Positions 17,776-26,677 of a DNA stretch of 64,000 nucleotides are shown piece by piece. A program made the translations under genes and the position numbers. The stretch comes from an uncultured Oscillospiraceae bacterium (lineage in GTDB: Bacteria > Bacillota > Clostridia > Oscillospirales > JAAYXM01): the NCBI GenBank assembly GCA_934646115.1, contig CAKUEM010000003.1:80-64079 (forward strand), read 5' to 3'. Every line of letters begins with the position of its first letter. Position 1 is the first letter of the stretch. The notes below the pieces were generated by a model. It did not search any database and was not told the DNA's origin. It saw nothing but the letters and a program-made list of their open reading frames with translations.

Positions 17776-19047
17776 GTGTTGCAGAGCAAGGCGGCCGATG
17801 CGGTCGGTAAGATATATTTTACCGCGCTTGCATTTCTGATGTACTTTTTCATCAACGAAGTGGCATATATCGGCGGCATTGGGGTAACATTCCGTCACAT
17901 ATTCGCGCTTTTGATCATTGCGTCCGCTTTTGTTTATTTTCTGATCCGGTCTGACGTTGGGCGCGCGCTGGTGTCGGTGAAATCCGCGCTGGTTTTTGCA
18001 ACGCCGCTGCTTGTGGTCGTGGTCGCGTCGATGCTGGTTTGGGTCGTTGACCAGAGCGGCACGGCGACCATCGCGCGCGGAATTTCCGGTTGTCTTGTGT
18101 ATACAAACTGGCTTTCCTGCGCGCTTGCGGCGGGCGCGCTGCTCTATGTGTTCGGCGAGGCGGGCATCTGGTATAACCTGCTCGCACTGGTCGGTGCGAA
18201 CCTGCTGATGATCATTCAGATCATTCGCGAGGATGGTCTCGTGGTATTTTTTCAAGAGTTTTTTGAGCTGGTCGCATCATTTGCCGCGAATACCGGGGAA
18301 GTAATCATCAAGGCGGAGATCCATGAGTTGGCATTCTGCCTTGGCGCATATTTGATCTATATGCTTATTCGGCCGAAACGCGCCGCCTGGTTTTGGATGC
18401 TGTTTGCGCTTGCTGCGTTCTGCTTTTTGGTGGCGTTTAAGCGAATCGCCATGATTGCAATGATGGGCGTGACGGTTATCTGGCTGATCCTGTGGATCGC
18501 AAAAAAAGTTTCGCAGCGCGCGGTATGCCGAACCGCAAATACCATAATGCTGATTTTAGTGGCGCTATTTTTCCTGTATATTGCGGCGATCAAGGCGGAC
18601 CTGTTCACCGTGCTGGAAAAAGCGGGAATCGACACAAGCGGTCGCGCATTCGTGTATGAGCAGGTGGACCGTTATTATGAATTTTCCCCTGACTTTTTGG
18701 GCAACGGGATCGGGTTTTTGACCTATCAGCTCAATGAGACCGTGTCTGTCGGCGTTTCTGCGGTACATAACGATTTGCTGCAGTTTTTTATCGACCTCGG
18801 CTTTTGGGGCTATCTGTTCTGGCTATTGTCGATGACCGTGCTGCGCACCGCGTATTTCGGGCGCGGCGGCGATGGCGATTCGGCGATGGTTGCGGCATTG
18901 TTGAGTTTATATTTATTTATCGTTTCCAGCACGGATAATACGATCAACTATCCGCTGCTGAATACCGTGCTCGGCGTGATTATAATCGGAAATCATTATA
19001 CCGAACGCGTGGCGCAGGCGAGCGTCCATTTCAGGAGAATCCAATGA
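17776..19047 (+). CDS. wzy: O-antigen polymerase/ligase family protein (Wzy-like)
   Basis: About 10-12 TM helices and the AVHNDLLQFFIDLGFWGY motif typical of the Wzy_C/O-antigen ligase domain. GTG start after GAGGAGGTG. Confidence 0.75.
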   Translation: MLQSKAADAVGKIYFTALAFLMYFFINEVAYIGGIGVTFRHIFALLIIASAFVYFLIRSDVGRALVSVKSALVFATPLLVVVVASMLVWVVDQSGTATIARGISGCLVYTNWLSCALAAGALLYVFGEAGIWYNLLALVGANLLMIIQIIREDGLVVFFQEFFELVASFAANTGEVIIKAEIHELAFCLGAYLIYMLIRPKRAAWFWMLFALAAFCFLVAFKRIAMIAMMGVTVIWLILWIAKKVSQRAVCRTANTIMLILVALFFLYIAAIKADLFTVLEKAGIDTSGRAFVYEQVDRYYEFSPDFLGNGIGFLTYQLNETVSVGVSAVHNDLLQFFIDLGFWGYLFWLLSMTVLRTAYFGRGGDGDSAMVAALLSLYLFIVSSTDNTINYPLLNTVLGVIIIGNHYTERVAQASVHFRRIQ

Positions 19048-20267
19048 GAATTTTAATGGTTAACAAGTTTCTCTATCCGCGCGGCGGCGCGGAAAGCTAT
19101 ATGCTCAAGGTGGGTGCATATTTCCAGGCGCAGGGTCATACGGTGGAGTATTTCGGTATGTATGACGCGCGCAACACAGTGGGAAACCACTGCGGGATCA
19201 GCACGCGAAATATGGAGTTTCATTCCACATCGCTAAAGCGCCTGCTTTACCCGTTTCAAATTCTGTATTCATTTGAGGCGCGGCGCAAGATCGGGCGCGT
19301 GCTGGATGCGTTTCGCCCGGATGTTGTGCATATGAATAACATCAATTTTCAACTGACGCCTGCGATCATTGACGCGGTAAAGCGGCGGAACATTCCGCTC
19401 GTGCAGACCGTGCATGATTATCAGATGGTCTGTCCGAACCACCTGCTGTATGATTTTGAGGCGCAGCATGTGTGCGAGAAATGCGTGGGGCGCAGGAAAT
19501 GGAACTGTATCAGGCACCGCTGCATCCACGGATCGCGGATCAAAAGCATTCTGGGCGCGGCGGAGGCGCTGCTCTATCGCGTGCGGCATACATATCGAAA
19601 CGTGGATCGCTATATCTGTCCCAGCCGCTTTTTATATGGAAAGCTGCTTGCCGAGCAGCCGGAAACATATCGCGACCGGGCGATCGTGCTTCCGAATTTT
19701 ATTGAAAAGCGCGCGAAGCCCGCGCAAACGGAGCGGCGATTCTCATACCCGTATCTCGCGTTTGCGGGGCGGCTGAGCGAAGAGAAGGGAACGCGGATCT
19801 TGGCGGAGACGGCGCGCTTGTTGCCGGATGTACATTTCGTTGTGATGGGAGAAGGCCCGGACCGTGCGGCGCTTGCGGGACTGCCCAATGTGGAGCTGAC
19901 CGGCTTTCTGACCGGCGCGGCGCTCGACGAGATCATGGCGGGGGCAGAGGCGATGGTCGTTCCGTCCGTTTGCTTTGAAAACTGCCCGCTTGCAATTTTG
20001 GAGGCACAGATGTTTGGCGTACCGAGCGTGACGATGAATATGGGCGGTATGGCAGAGCTTGTGCGCGATCATGAAACCGGCGTGCTGGCGCGCTCTACCG
20101 CGGCGGAGGATTTTGCGGCGGCTGTGCGCGAGATTTTGAGCGATCCTGTGGCGCTTGCACGAATGAAAGAAAACTGCCGAGCGGCGGCGCAGCGCGCGAT
20201 GACGATCGATCGCTATTGCAAGGAAGTATTGCAAATTTATCAAACAGTAAGGACATGCCATGATTAA
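19044..20267 (+). CDS. Glycosyltransferase family 4 with a Cys-rich insertion
   Basis: MRILMVNKFLYPRGGAE N-terminus and a C-terminal FENCPLAILEAQMFG (E-x7-E). Insertion CPNH..CEKC..C..HRC. Confidence 0.85.
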   Translation: MRILMVNKFLYPRGGAESYMLKVGAYFQAQGHTVEYFGMYDARNTVGNHCGISTRNMEFHSTSLKRLLYPFQILYSFEARRKIGRVLDAFRPDVVHMNNINFQLTPAIIDAVKRRNIPLVQTVHDYQMVCPNHLLYDFEAQHVCEKCVGRRKWNCIRHRCIHGSRIKSILGAAEALLYRVRHTYRNVDRYICPSRFLYGKLLAEQPETYRDRAIVLPNFIEKRAKPAQTERRFSYPYLAFAGRLSEEKGTRILAETARLLPDVHFVVMGEGPDRAALAGLPNVELTGFLTGAALDEIMAGAEAMVVPSVCFENCPLAILEAQMFGVPSVTMNMGGMAELVRDHETGVLARSTAAEDFAAAVREILSDPVALARMKENCRAAAQRAMTIDRYCKEVLQIYQTVRTCHD

Positions 20268-21315
20268 AGTAAGTATTATCGTGCCTGTATATCGGGTCGC
20301 TGCATATTTAAACCGCTGTGTGGAATCGCTGACGCGGCAGACGCTGCGCGAGATCGAGATTATTCTGGTGGATGACGGATCGCCCGATGAGTGCCCCGCC
20401 ATGTGCGATGCGTGGGCAGAAAAAGATGCGCGTATCCAGGTGATCCATCAGGAAAATCAGGGGCTTGGCTTTGCAAGAAATTCCGGACTTGCGCAGGCGC
20501 GCGGGGAGTTTATCGGGTTTGTGGATTCTGATGATTATGTACAGCCGGATATGTTTTCCCGCCTGTACAACGCGGCGCAGGAGTGCGGCGCGCAGATCGC
20601 GATGAGCGGTCTGTGCTGCGTGGGCGGGATCATGGTTGCGCGCGAGCATGAGGTGCAGAATATCAACTGCTTTGCGCAAAAAACCGTGTTTTCCGGCAAG
20701 GCGGAGATCGACCGACTGATGCTTGATATTTCCGGCGCACCGCCCGGCGAGCGGGAGGACAGCAAATATGGCTTTAGCAGCGTAAAAAATATTTATCGCG
20801 CAAGCGTTTGCCGCGCGCATGACCTCCGCTTTTTGTCAGAACGCGAGGTGATGAGCGAGGATGTGTTCTTTCTACTCGATTTTTTGGCGCATACCGATTG
20901 TGCCGTGGGCATTCCGGGCGCATATTATTGCTATTGCAGAAATGATGCTTCGCTTTCAAAAAGCTATCGGGCAGACCGTTTTTGCGCGTGCCAGCGCCTG
21001 ATAGACGGGATCAACACGCGGCTTGCAGAACGCATGCCGACGAGCGAATATGAGCGATACACCGATCGTCTGTTGCAGGCGTATGCGCGCGCGGCCTGCA
21101 TGCAGGAAATTCAATTTGCGCGGCAAAACGGTATTTCGGAAGCAGAGCTTTCCCGGCGGCTGCGGGATATTTGTAAATCAGAGCGGCTGCAGCGCGTGCT
21201 GCGGAGATATCCGTGGTGGAAGCTTCCTAAAATGCAAGCGGTATTCGCTATGACGATGCGATTTTCCTGGATCAGACTGCAAAAGCTGTTGGTTCGGATG
21301 AAAAGTAGGGGATAA
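20260..21315 (+). CDS. Glycosyltransferase family 2
   Basis: VSIIVPVYRVAAYLNRCVESLTRQTLREIEIILVDDGSPD, DSDD. Confidence 0.9.
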   Translation: MIKVSIIVPVYRVAAYLNRCVESLTRQTLREIEIILVDDGSPDECPAMCDAWAEKDARIQVIHQENQGLGFARNSGLAQARGEFIGFVDSDDYVQPDMFSRLYNAAQECGAQIAMSGLCCVGGIMVAREHEVQNINCFAQKTVFSGKAEIDRLMLDISGAPPGEREDSKYGFSSVKNIYRASVCRAHDLRFLSEREVMSEDVFFLLDFLAHTDCAVGIPGAYYCYCRNDASLSKSYRADRFCACQRLIDGINTRLAERMPTSEYERYTDRLLQAYARAACMQEIQFARQNGISEAELSRRLRDICKSERLQRVLRRYPWWKLPKMQAVFAMTMRFSWIRLQKLLVRMKSRG

Positions 21316-21318
21316 ACA

Positions 21319-22317
21319 ATGTATTTTTCAATTATTGTTCCGGTTTATCGCGTGGAGGCGTATCTGGAAACTTGCGTAGACAGTATCCTAAGCCAGAGCT
21401 TTTATGATTTTGAGTTGATTTTGGTAGACGACGGTTCGCCGGATCGGTGCCCGGCGATTTGCGATTCTTATGCGGCGCGTGACGCGCGGGTGCGGGTGCT
21501 GCACAAGCAGAATGGTGGGCTGGTTTCGGCGCGGCAGGCGGGAATCCGCATGGCAACGGGCAAGTATGTGATCCATGTAGACAGCGACGATTGGGTTGAG
21601 CCGGGCTATCTGGAAGCAGCGCATGCGATCGCCGAACAGTCGGAGCCGGATGTGATTTCGTTTGCGATCCGTTATGTATACCCTAACCGGAGCATGGCGG
21701 ACTATGAGCCGATCGCCTGCGGGGCATATCAAGGGGATGCGCTGCGCACGGTGACGGATAATATGCTTCTAACGCCGGATATGCGGCATATGCATTATTA
21801 TCTTTGGGGCAAGGCGTTTCGCCGCGAGGTTATTTTGCCGCATCAGCTCGCGGTGGACCCGAAGATCGCGATGGGAGAGGATGTGTCCTGCCTGATCCCG
21901 ACGTATCTGAACGCAAAAAGTGTGTATATTTCAAGCAAGATCGTATATTCCTGCCGCTGCCGTGATGATTCGATGTCGCGCGCGTTCCATGCAGAGCATT
22001 TTGAGGACATTGCGCTCGGTGTGCGGCTGCTGCGCGAAAGTGAAAGTCAAGCGCCCGAGGGGTTTGCGTCGGCGATCGACCGATATTGTGCGTTTATGTG
22101 CTTTGTTCTGCTGGCGAGCGCGGCGCAGGCGGGAGATCGAAGCGCCGTTGCGGCGACGCGGCGGTTATGGTGCGGGGAATTTACGCGCGCACTGCGAGAC
22201 GCCAGGTTTCAGAATATCACAAAGAAAAGCCGCATAGCGATCGCGCTGCTGCGCAGAAAACAAATTGGTCTTGCATATCGCTTTTTGCGCGTTTGCAGCA
22301 GGATAAAGGGAAACTGA
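21319..22317 (+). CDS. Glycosyltransferase family 2
   Basis: FSIIVPVYRVEAYLETCVDSILSQSFYDFELILVDDGSPD, DSDD. Confidence 0.9.
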   Translation: MYFSIIVPVYRVEAYLETCVDSILSQSFYDFELILVDDGSPDRCPAICDSYAARDARVRVLHKQNGGLVSARQAGIRMATGKYVIHVDSDDWVEPGYLEAAHAIAEQSEPDVISFAIRYVYPNRSMADYEPIACGAYQGDALRTVTDNMLLTPDMRHMHYYLWGKAFRREVILPHQLAVDPKIAMGEDVSCLIPTYLNAKSVYISSKIVYSCRCRDDSMSRAFHAEHFEDIALGVRLLRESESQAPEGFASAIDRYCAFMCFVLLASAAQAGDRSAVAATRRLWCGEFTRALRDARFQNITKKSRIAIALLRRKQIGLAYRFLRVCSRIKGN

Positions 22318-22330
22318 GAGGGAGTAAATC

Positions 22331-23407
22331 ATGCCGGATGTTTCAATTGTTATGGCGGTTTATAATGGCGAACGCTATCTGCGCGAAGCGTTGGAAAGCG
22401 TATTGGCGCAAAGCTTTGAAGCGTTTGAATGCGTGATCGTTGATGATGCGTCAACAGATAAAACGCCGGAGATATTGGCGGAATATGCCGCGCGGGACGC
22501 GCGCGTTCGTGTGTTTCGAAATGAAAAAAACCGCAAGCTGGCGCACTCGCTCAACCGAGGCGTTGCGCAAGCGCGCGGAAAATATATCGCGCGAATGGAC
22601 GCCGACGATATCTGCCTGCGGGATCGGTTAGAGCGGCAGTATGCATTTATGGAACAACATCCGGAGATCGGCGTGGCGAGCTGTCGATTTTTTGCGCTGC
22701 GTGGGAACACGTTGTTGCCGACCGGGGTAGGGCGCGCGTGCGATGCAGACAGCATGAAAGCAATGTTTCTGTTCTTTGACCCGGTGCTGCATCCCGGCGT
22801 AATCGCGCGGGCGGAGCTGATGCGCCGCTATCCGTATGATCCGGCGTGTACCTGCACGGAGGACATGGATCTCTGGGTCAGAATGCTGCGCGACGGAGTT
22901 CGCTTTGCGGGGAACAAAGAGTATCTCATGTTGTATCGCATGCATGAGAAGTCAATTTCGGCGACTACGAAGGAACGGCAGGGGCTTGAAATGCAAAAAA
23001 TCGCGGCTGGGCTTTATCGCGACCTGCTGTTCCCGCTTTCGAAAGAGGAGCTTGTGTTTTACATAAATTATGTGTATTTTCCGGAACGATGCGAGCTTTC
23101 TGCGTTGTATCGGTTTTATCAGAAAATTCTTGCGGCGAATGCACAGCGCAAAAGCTTTGTGCGCGGAGCGATTCGGCGCGCGCTGTTTGAGGTGCTGGCG
23201 GAATATCATCGGCGCGGCATACTGCGGCGCAGGCAGGCGCTTTCGCTTTTGCGGTTTGGAGCGGTTTCCGCGTGGCTGCAAAACAAAGCGCGTGCGCGGC
23301 GGGATATGCGCCTTGCGGAGGCTGCGGCGCGCGCGGCGGGCTTTGCGCGCGACCGGGCGCATACCATGCGCTGGCTGATCGATGATCGGAGGGATGAGAA
23401 TGAATGA
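22331..23407 (+). CDS. Glycosyltransferase family 2
   Basis: VSIVMAVYNGERYLREALESVLAQSFEAFECVIVDDASTD, MDADD. Confidence 0.9.
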   Translation: MPDVSIVMAVYNGERYLREALESVLAQSFEAFECVIVDDASTDKTPEILAEYAARDARVRVFRNEKNRKLAHSLNRGVAQARGKYIARMDADDICLRDRLERQYAFMEQHPEIGVASCRFFALRGNTLLPTGVGRACDADSMKAMFLFFDPVLHPGVIARAELMRRYPYDPACTCTEDMDLWVRMLRDGVRFAGNKEYLMLYRMHEKSISATTKERQGLEMQKIAAGLYRDLLFPLSKEELVFYINYVYFPERCELSALYRFYQKILAANAQRKSFVRGAIRRALFEVLAEYHRRGILRRRQALSLLRFGAVSAWLQNKARARRDMRLAEAAARAAGFARDRAHTMRWLIDDRRDENE

Positions 23408-24779
23408 GTGGATCGTGGCTGTGTTGCTGGTTGCTTTGGCACTGTGCATCGCGGGGCTGGGCTTGCTTTTTGTGCGGAATGCGCTGAAGCAGTTCCGAAA
23501 ATCGGGCGTGGATGGATTTAAAACGATCTTGTGTGTCCAAAAGAATTATGATAAAATCAGAAAAAACGCTCGGATCCCGTGCAGCGTGCTTTATATCAAG
23601 GCGACTACGCAGGAGAAAATGACCGGGATGAAGGAGGAACGGCGCGCCCATCAGGTAACGGAGCACCTCAGCGAGATGCTTTTGGCAACGTTTGGAGATC
23701 GCGAAAACATGATCGCGCGCTTTGCCAATCATGATTTCGTTGTGCTGACGCGGATGAGCGAAACGAAGCTAATGCACGCTACGGAGCAGATAATACACGA
23801 GATGCTGTTGTTTTCCAAGGTGAATGCGCAGACGCCGCAAATGCAGATCAGCTTTGGCGCGTATTTGATCCCGGCGAGCAGCATCAATTTTGAAGAGGCG
23901 GTCGCGCGTGCAAGGCTTGCCTGTCTGGAGGCGAAGGAGAGCGGGATCACCTATCTTGCGTGGGATTATAATTTGCAGCGCGAGCATGACAGTAAGCAGA
24001 GCCTTGAGCGGCATTTTCGCAGCGGGATCGAGCAAAACAATTTCTTTCTGGAATTTCAGCCGGTCATTGATATTTCAACCGGAGCGATCGTGGCGGGCGA
24101 GGTGTTGACCCGGTTGAGCGCAGATTCGCGCGTGATCCTCCCGGCGGATTTTGTTCCAGTGCTGCATGGACAGGATATGAGCGCGGAGTTCGATTATTAT
24201 ATTTTCAAAAAAACATGCCAGTGGGCGGCGCTGCATCCAGAGCTTTGCGCGCGGCTCAAGCACATTTCCATTAATATTTCGCGCAGCACGCTGGCGCGTG
24301 CGGATGTTGCGGAAAAGCTCTTTGCGCTTGCGGAAAAGTATCAGATTGCGCGGAGCTTTCTGGCGATTGAGGTGCTGGAGGATCAGCGCGGCAGCCGCGT
24401 TCAGATCGAGCAGGTGAAGCATAATATCACGCGCTTAAAGCAGATGGGATTTCCCCTGCTTCTGGATGACTTCGGCGAGGGGTTTACCTCGTTTGACGAC
24501 TTGCAGAATTATCCGGTCGATTGTATCAAAATCAGCAAAACGATCGTCAGTCATATCAACACGCAGATCGGGCTGCGCATTTTCCACAGTGTGCTGAATA
24601 TTGCTAAGAACATTGGTGTTTCGGTGATTTGTGAGGGTGCGGAAACGCTTTCGCAAATTGAAATACTCCGAGAGAGCGGATGCAAACTTGTGCAGGGGTT
24701 TTATTTTTACTGCCCACTGAGTGCAGAGCAATTTGCGCGGGTAGTGGAAAACGATACAACAAGTGAAGGAGAGAGCTGA
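23400..24779 (+). CDS. Membrane-anchored degenerate-GGDEF / EAL domain protein (c-di-GMP phosphodiesterase or receptor)
   Basis: N-terminal TM. GGDEF position reads ARFANHDFVVL. EAL domain motifs GEVLTR, INISR, LAIEVLE, LLLDDFGEGFTSF, IKISK, EGAET, QGFYF. Confidence 0.8.
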   Translation: MNEWIVAVLLVALALCIAGLGLLFVRNALKQFRKSGVDGFKTILCVQKNYDKIRKNARIPCSVLYIKATTQEKMTGMKEERRAHQVTEHLSEMLLATFGDRENMIARFANHDFVVLTRMSETKLMHATEQIIHEMLLFSKVNAQTPQMQISFGAYLIPASSINFEEAVARARLACLEAKESGITYLAWDYNLQREHDSKQSLERHFRSGIEQNNFFLEFQPVIDISTGAIVAGEVLTRLSADSRVILPADFVPVLHGQDMSAEFDYYIFKKTCQWAALHPELCARLKHISINISRSTLARADVAEKLFALAEKYQIARSFLAIEVLEDQRGSRVQIEQVKHNITRLKQMGFPLLLDDFGEGFTSFDDLQNYPVDCIKISKTIVSHINTQIGLRIFHSVLNIAKNIGVSVICEGAETLSQIEILRESGCKLVQGFYFYCPLSAEQFARVVENDTTSEGES

Positions 24780-24780
24780 C

Positions 24781-25440
24781 ATGAAAATAAGCCTGTTTGG
24801 ATACAACCGGAAGGAAACCGATGAATATTTTAACTATTTAAATCAGGCAAACAGCGAGTTGAACGATCAAATCAGGGAGCTTCAGACGCAAACAGAGCAG
24901 CTGCGAAAAACTGCGGAGGAGTATGAGAAGCTTGCCCAGGCAAATAGCGAGGAAATGGAGCTTTTAAAACAGCAAATTGAGGAATATCAGAAGAATGAGG
25001 CGGACTATCAAAGCCAGATCGACGCGCTGCGCACGCAGGCTCCGGAGCAGTCACAGGATGAGCGGCTGGGTTTTATTTTCGCCGTTGCGTATCGTGATAT
25101 GGAGAATAAGAATAAGCTGGTCGGCGAGAAAATCAAGGAATATGCCAACCGGATGTTCCAGCGCATGAGCGCGTATCGCGACGAGGTGTCCGGGATCGTG
25201 CAGTCTGTTACGGAGATGCAGAATCAACAGCGCGAGGCGCTGATCAATCTTTGTAACGATGCGACCAAGCGGCTGGAATCGCTGGCGGATGCATCGCAGC
25301 AGACTATTGAGGATATGACAATGATCGAGGAGAATCAGGGACGCATCCTTCGCGAAATTGACACGATGGTGGAAAAAACGATCGATACGGAGAAAATGGA
25401 AGAGCGCGTACAGAACGTGAAGAAGATCGACCGTTTTTAA
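24781..25440 (+). CDS. DivIVA-domain coiled-coil protein
   Basis: N-terminus FGYNRKETDEYFNYL matches the DivIVA signature (F..rGY...EVD.fL). The rest is a heptad-rich, Q/E-rich coiled coil. Confidence 0.65.
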   Translation: MKISLFGYNRKETDEYFNYLNQANSELNDQIRELQTQTEQLRKTAEEYEKLAQANSEEMELLKQQIEEYQKNEADYQSQIDALRTQAPEQSQDERLGFIFAVAYRDMENKNKLVGEKIKEYANRMFQRMSAYRDEVSGIVQSVTEMQNQQREALINLCNDATKRLESLADASQQTIEDMTMIEENQGRILREIDTMVEKTIDTEKMEERVQNVKKIDRF

Positions 25441-25473
25441 AAGAGCAAGTCATCGCGCAAGGGGGGTACATTT

Positions 25474-26514
25474 ATGGTAGAACGGAATTACGGAATTGAT
25501 TTGCTGCGACTTGTTTTGATGTACTTTATTTGCCTATTGCATGTGTTCGTGCAAGGGGGCGTGATCGCCGCATGCGAGCCCGGGTGCTGCAGGGCGGTCA
25601 TGCTTGCACTGCAGACGATCTCATATTCCGCGCTGGATGCATTCATGCTGATCAGCGGATATGTCGCGCCGGATCGCCCGCAGGAGCATTGGAAGATCAC
25701 GGCGCGCTGGCTTCAGGTGTTTTTCTATTCGTTTGTACTGACGCTCGTGCTTGCATGCTTTGGACTTTGCGAAAAATTTGAAGTCATTCCGATGATAAAG
25801 CTGGCGTTCCCTGTGACATTTAGGGTATATTGGTATTTTTCTGCTTATTTTCTTTTGTTTTTCGCCACACCCTTGTTGAATCGATTTATTTTCCAAACAA
25901 CGACCGAACAGGCGAAACGCACGCTGGTTATCACGGTGTGCCTGCTTTCCGGCGTGTATCTGCTGAACGAGCCGTTTCAAACGCAAGGCGGCTACAGCGC
26001 AATCTGGCTTATCGCGCTGTATCTCATCGGCGCTTTGATGAAGCGCGTGCAGCTGTTTGAACGCGCGAAAACGTGGGTGCTATTGCTCGTGCTGGGCGCG
26101 GATTATGCGCTCATATGGGCAAGTAAGGTGATTTTTGACAAAGATCGGCTGCTTAACCATTTATCGCCCAATGTGCTGCTTTCCGCAATGCTGGTGCTTG
26201 TTTTGTTTGCGCGGCTGCGTCCCAACAAAAAAGTGGTGGCGGCGCTCTCGCCGCTGGCGTTTGGTGTGTATCTGTTCCATTTAAACCCGGTGATCTGGGC
26301 GCAGCTGGAAAACGCGTGCACCGTGCTGGCGGTACAGCCGGTTTTGCTTGCGGTGGGCGGCGTGCTGGCGGCGGCGCTTGCGATTTTTGTGTGCGGCATG
26401 CTGGCGGAATGGGTGCGCAGGCTGGTGTTTCGTCTTTTGCGGGCCGATGCGGCGGCGCGTTGGCTGACGGATCGGATCCGGAGCGGGCTTTGCCGCGTGT
26501 GCCGCTGGATATGA
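25474..26514 (+). CDS. Membrane acyltransferase (acyltransferase_3 family)
   Basis: NYGIDLLRLVLMYFICLLHVF N-terminus and about 10 TM helices. Confidence 0.75.
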   Translation: MVERNYGIDLLRLVLMYFICLLHVFVQGGVIAACEPGCCRAVMLALQTISYSALDAFMLISGYVAPDRPQEHWKITARWLQVFFYSFVLTLVLACFGLCEKFEVIPMIKLAFPVTFRVYWYFSAYFLLFFATPLLNRFIFQTTTEQAKRTLVITVCLLSGVYLLNEPFQTQGGYSAIWLIALYLIGALMKRVQLFERAKTWVLLLVLGADYALIWASKVIFDKDRLLNHLSPNVLLSAMLVLVLFARLRPNKKVVAALSPLAFGVYLFHLNPVIWAQLENACTVLAVQPVLLAVGGVLAAALAIFVCGMLAEWVRRLVFRLLRADAAARWLTDRIRSGLCRVCRWI

Positions 26515-26515
26515 C

Positions 26516-26544
26516 TTGACAAATCGGCGCGTTTGCGCTATACT
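26516..26544 (+). promoter_or_regulatory. Sigma-70-type promoter candidate
   Basis: TTGACA (26516-26521), 17-nt spacer, TATACT (26539-26544), starting 2 nt after the upstream stop codon. Confidence 0.5.
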
Positions 26545-26585
26545 TCTCATACCTCTCGGAGGCGAATCATTCACAGGAAATGATA

Positions 26586-26634
26586 GCCGGATAAGAGACG
26601 GGCTGAAACGCCCGCTTCTTATCCGGCATTTTTG
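26586..26634 (+). terminator. Strong intrinsic terminator (end of EPS operon and/or attenuator of the MATE gene)
   Basis: GCCGGATAAGAG..CGGGC tgaaa GCCCG..CTTCTTATCCGGC forms a nearly continuous ~18-bp stem followed by ATTTTT. Confidence 0.8.
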
Positions 26635-26677
26635 TAATTCACGGCGGCGCGCCGCCGGGTAAAGGAAAGGATGCAGG

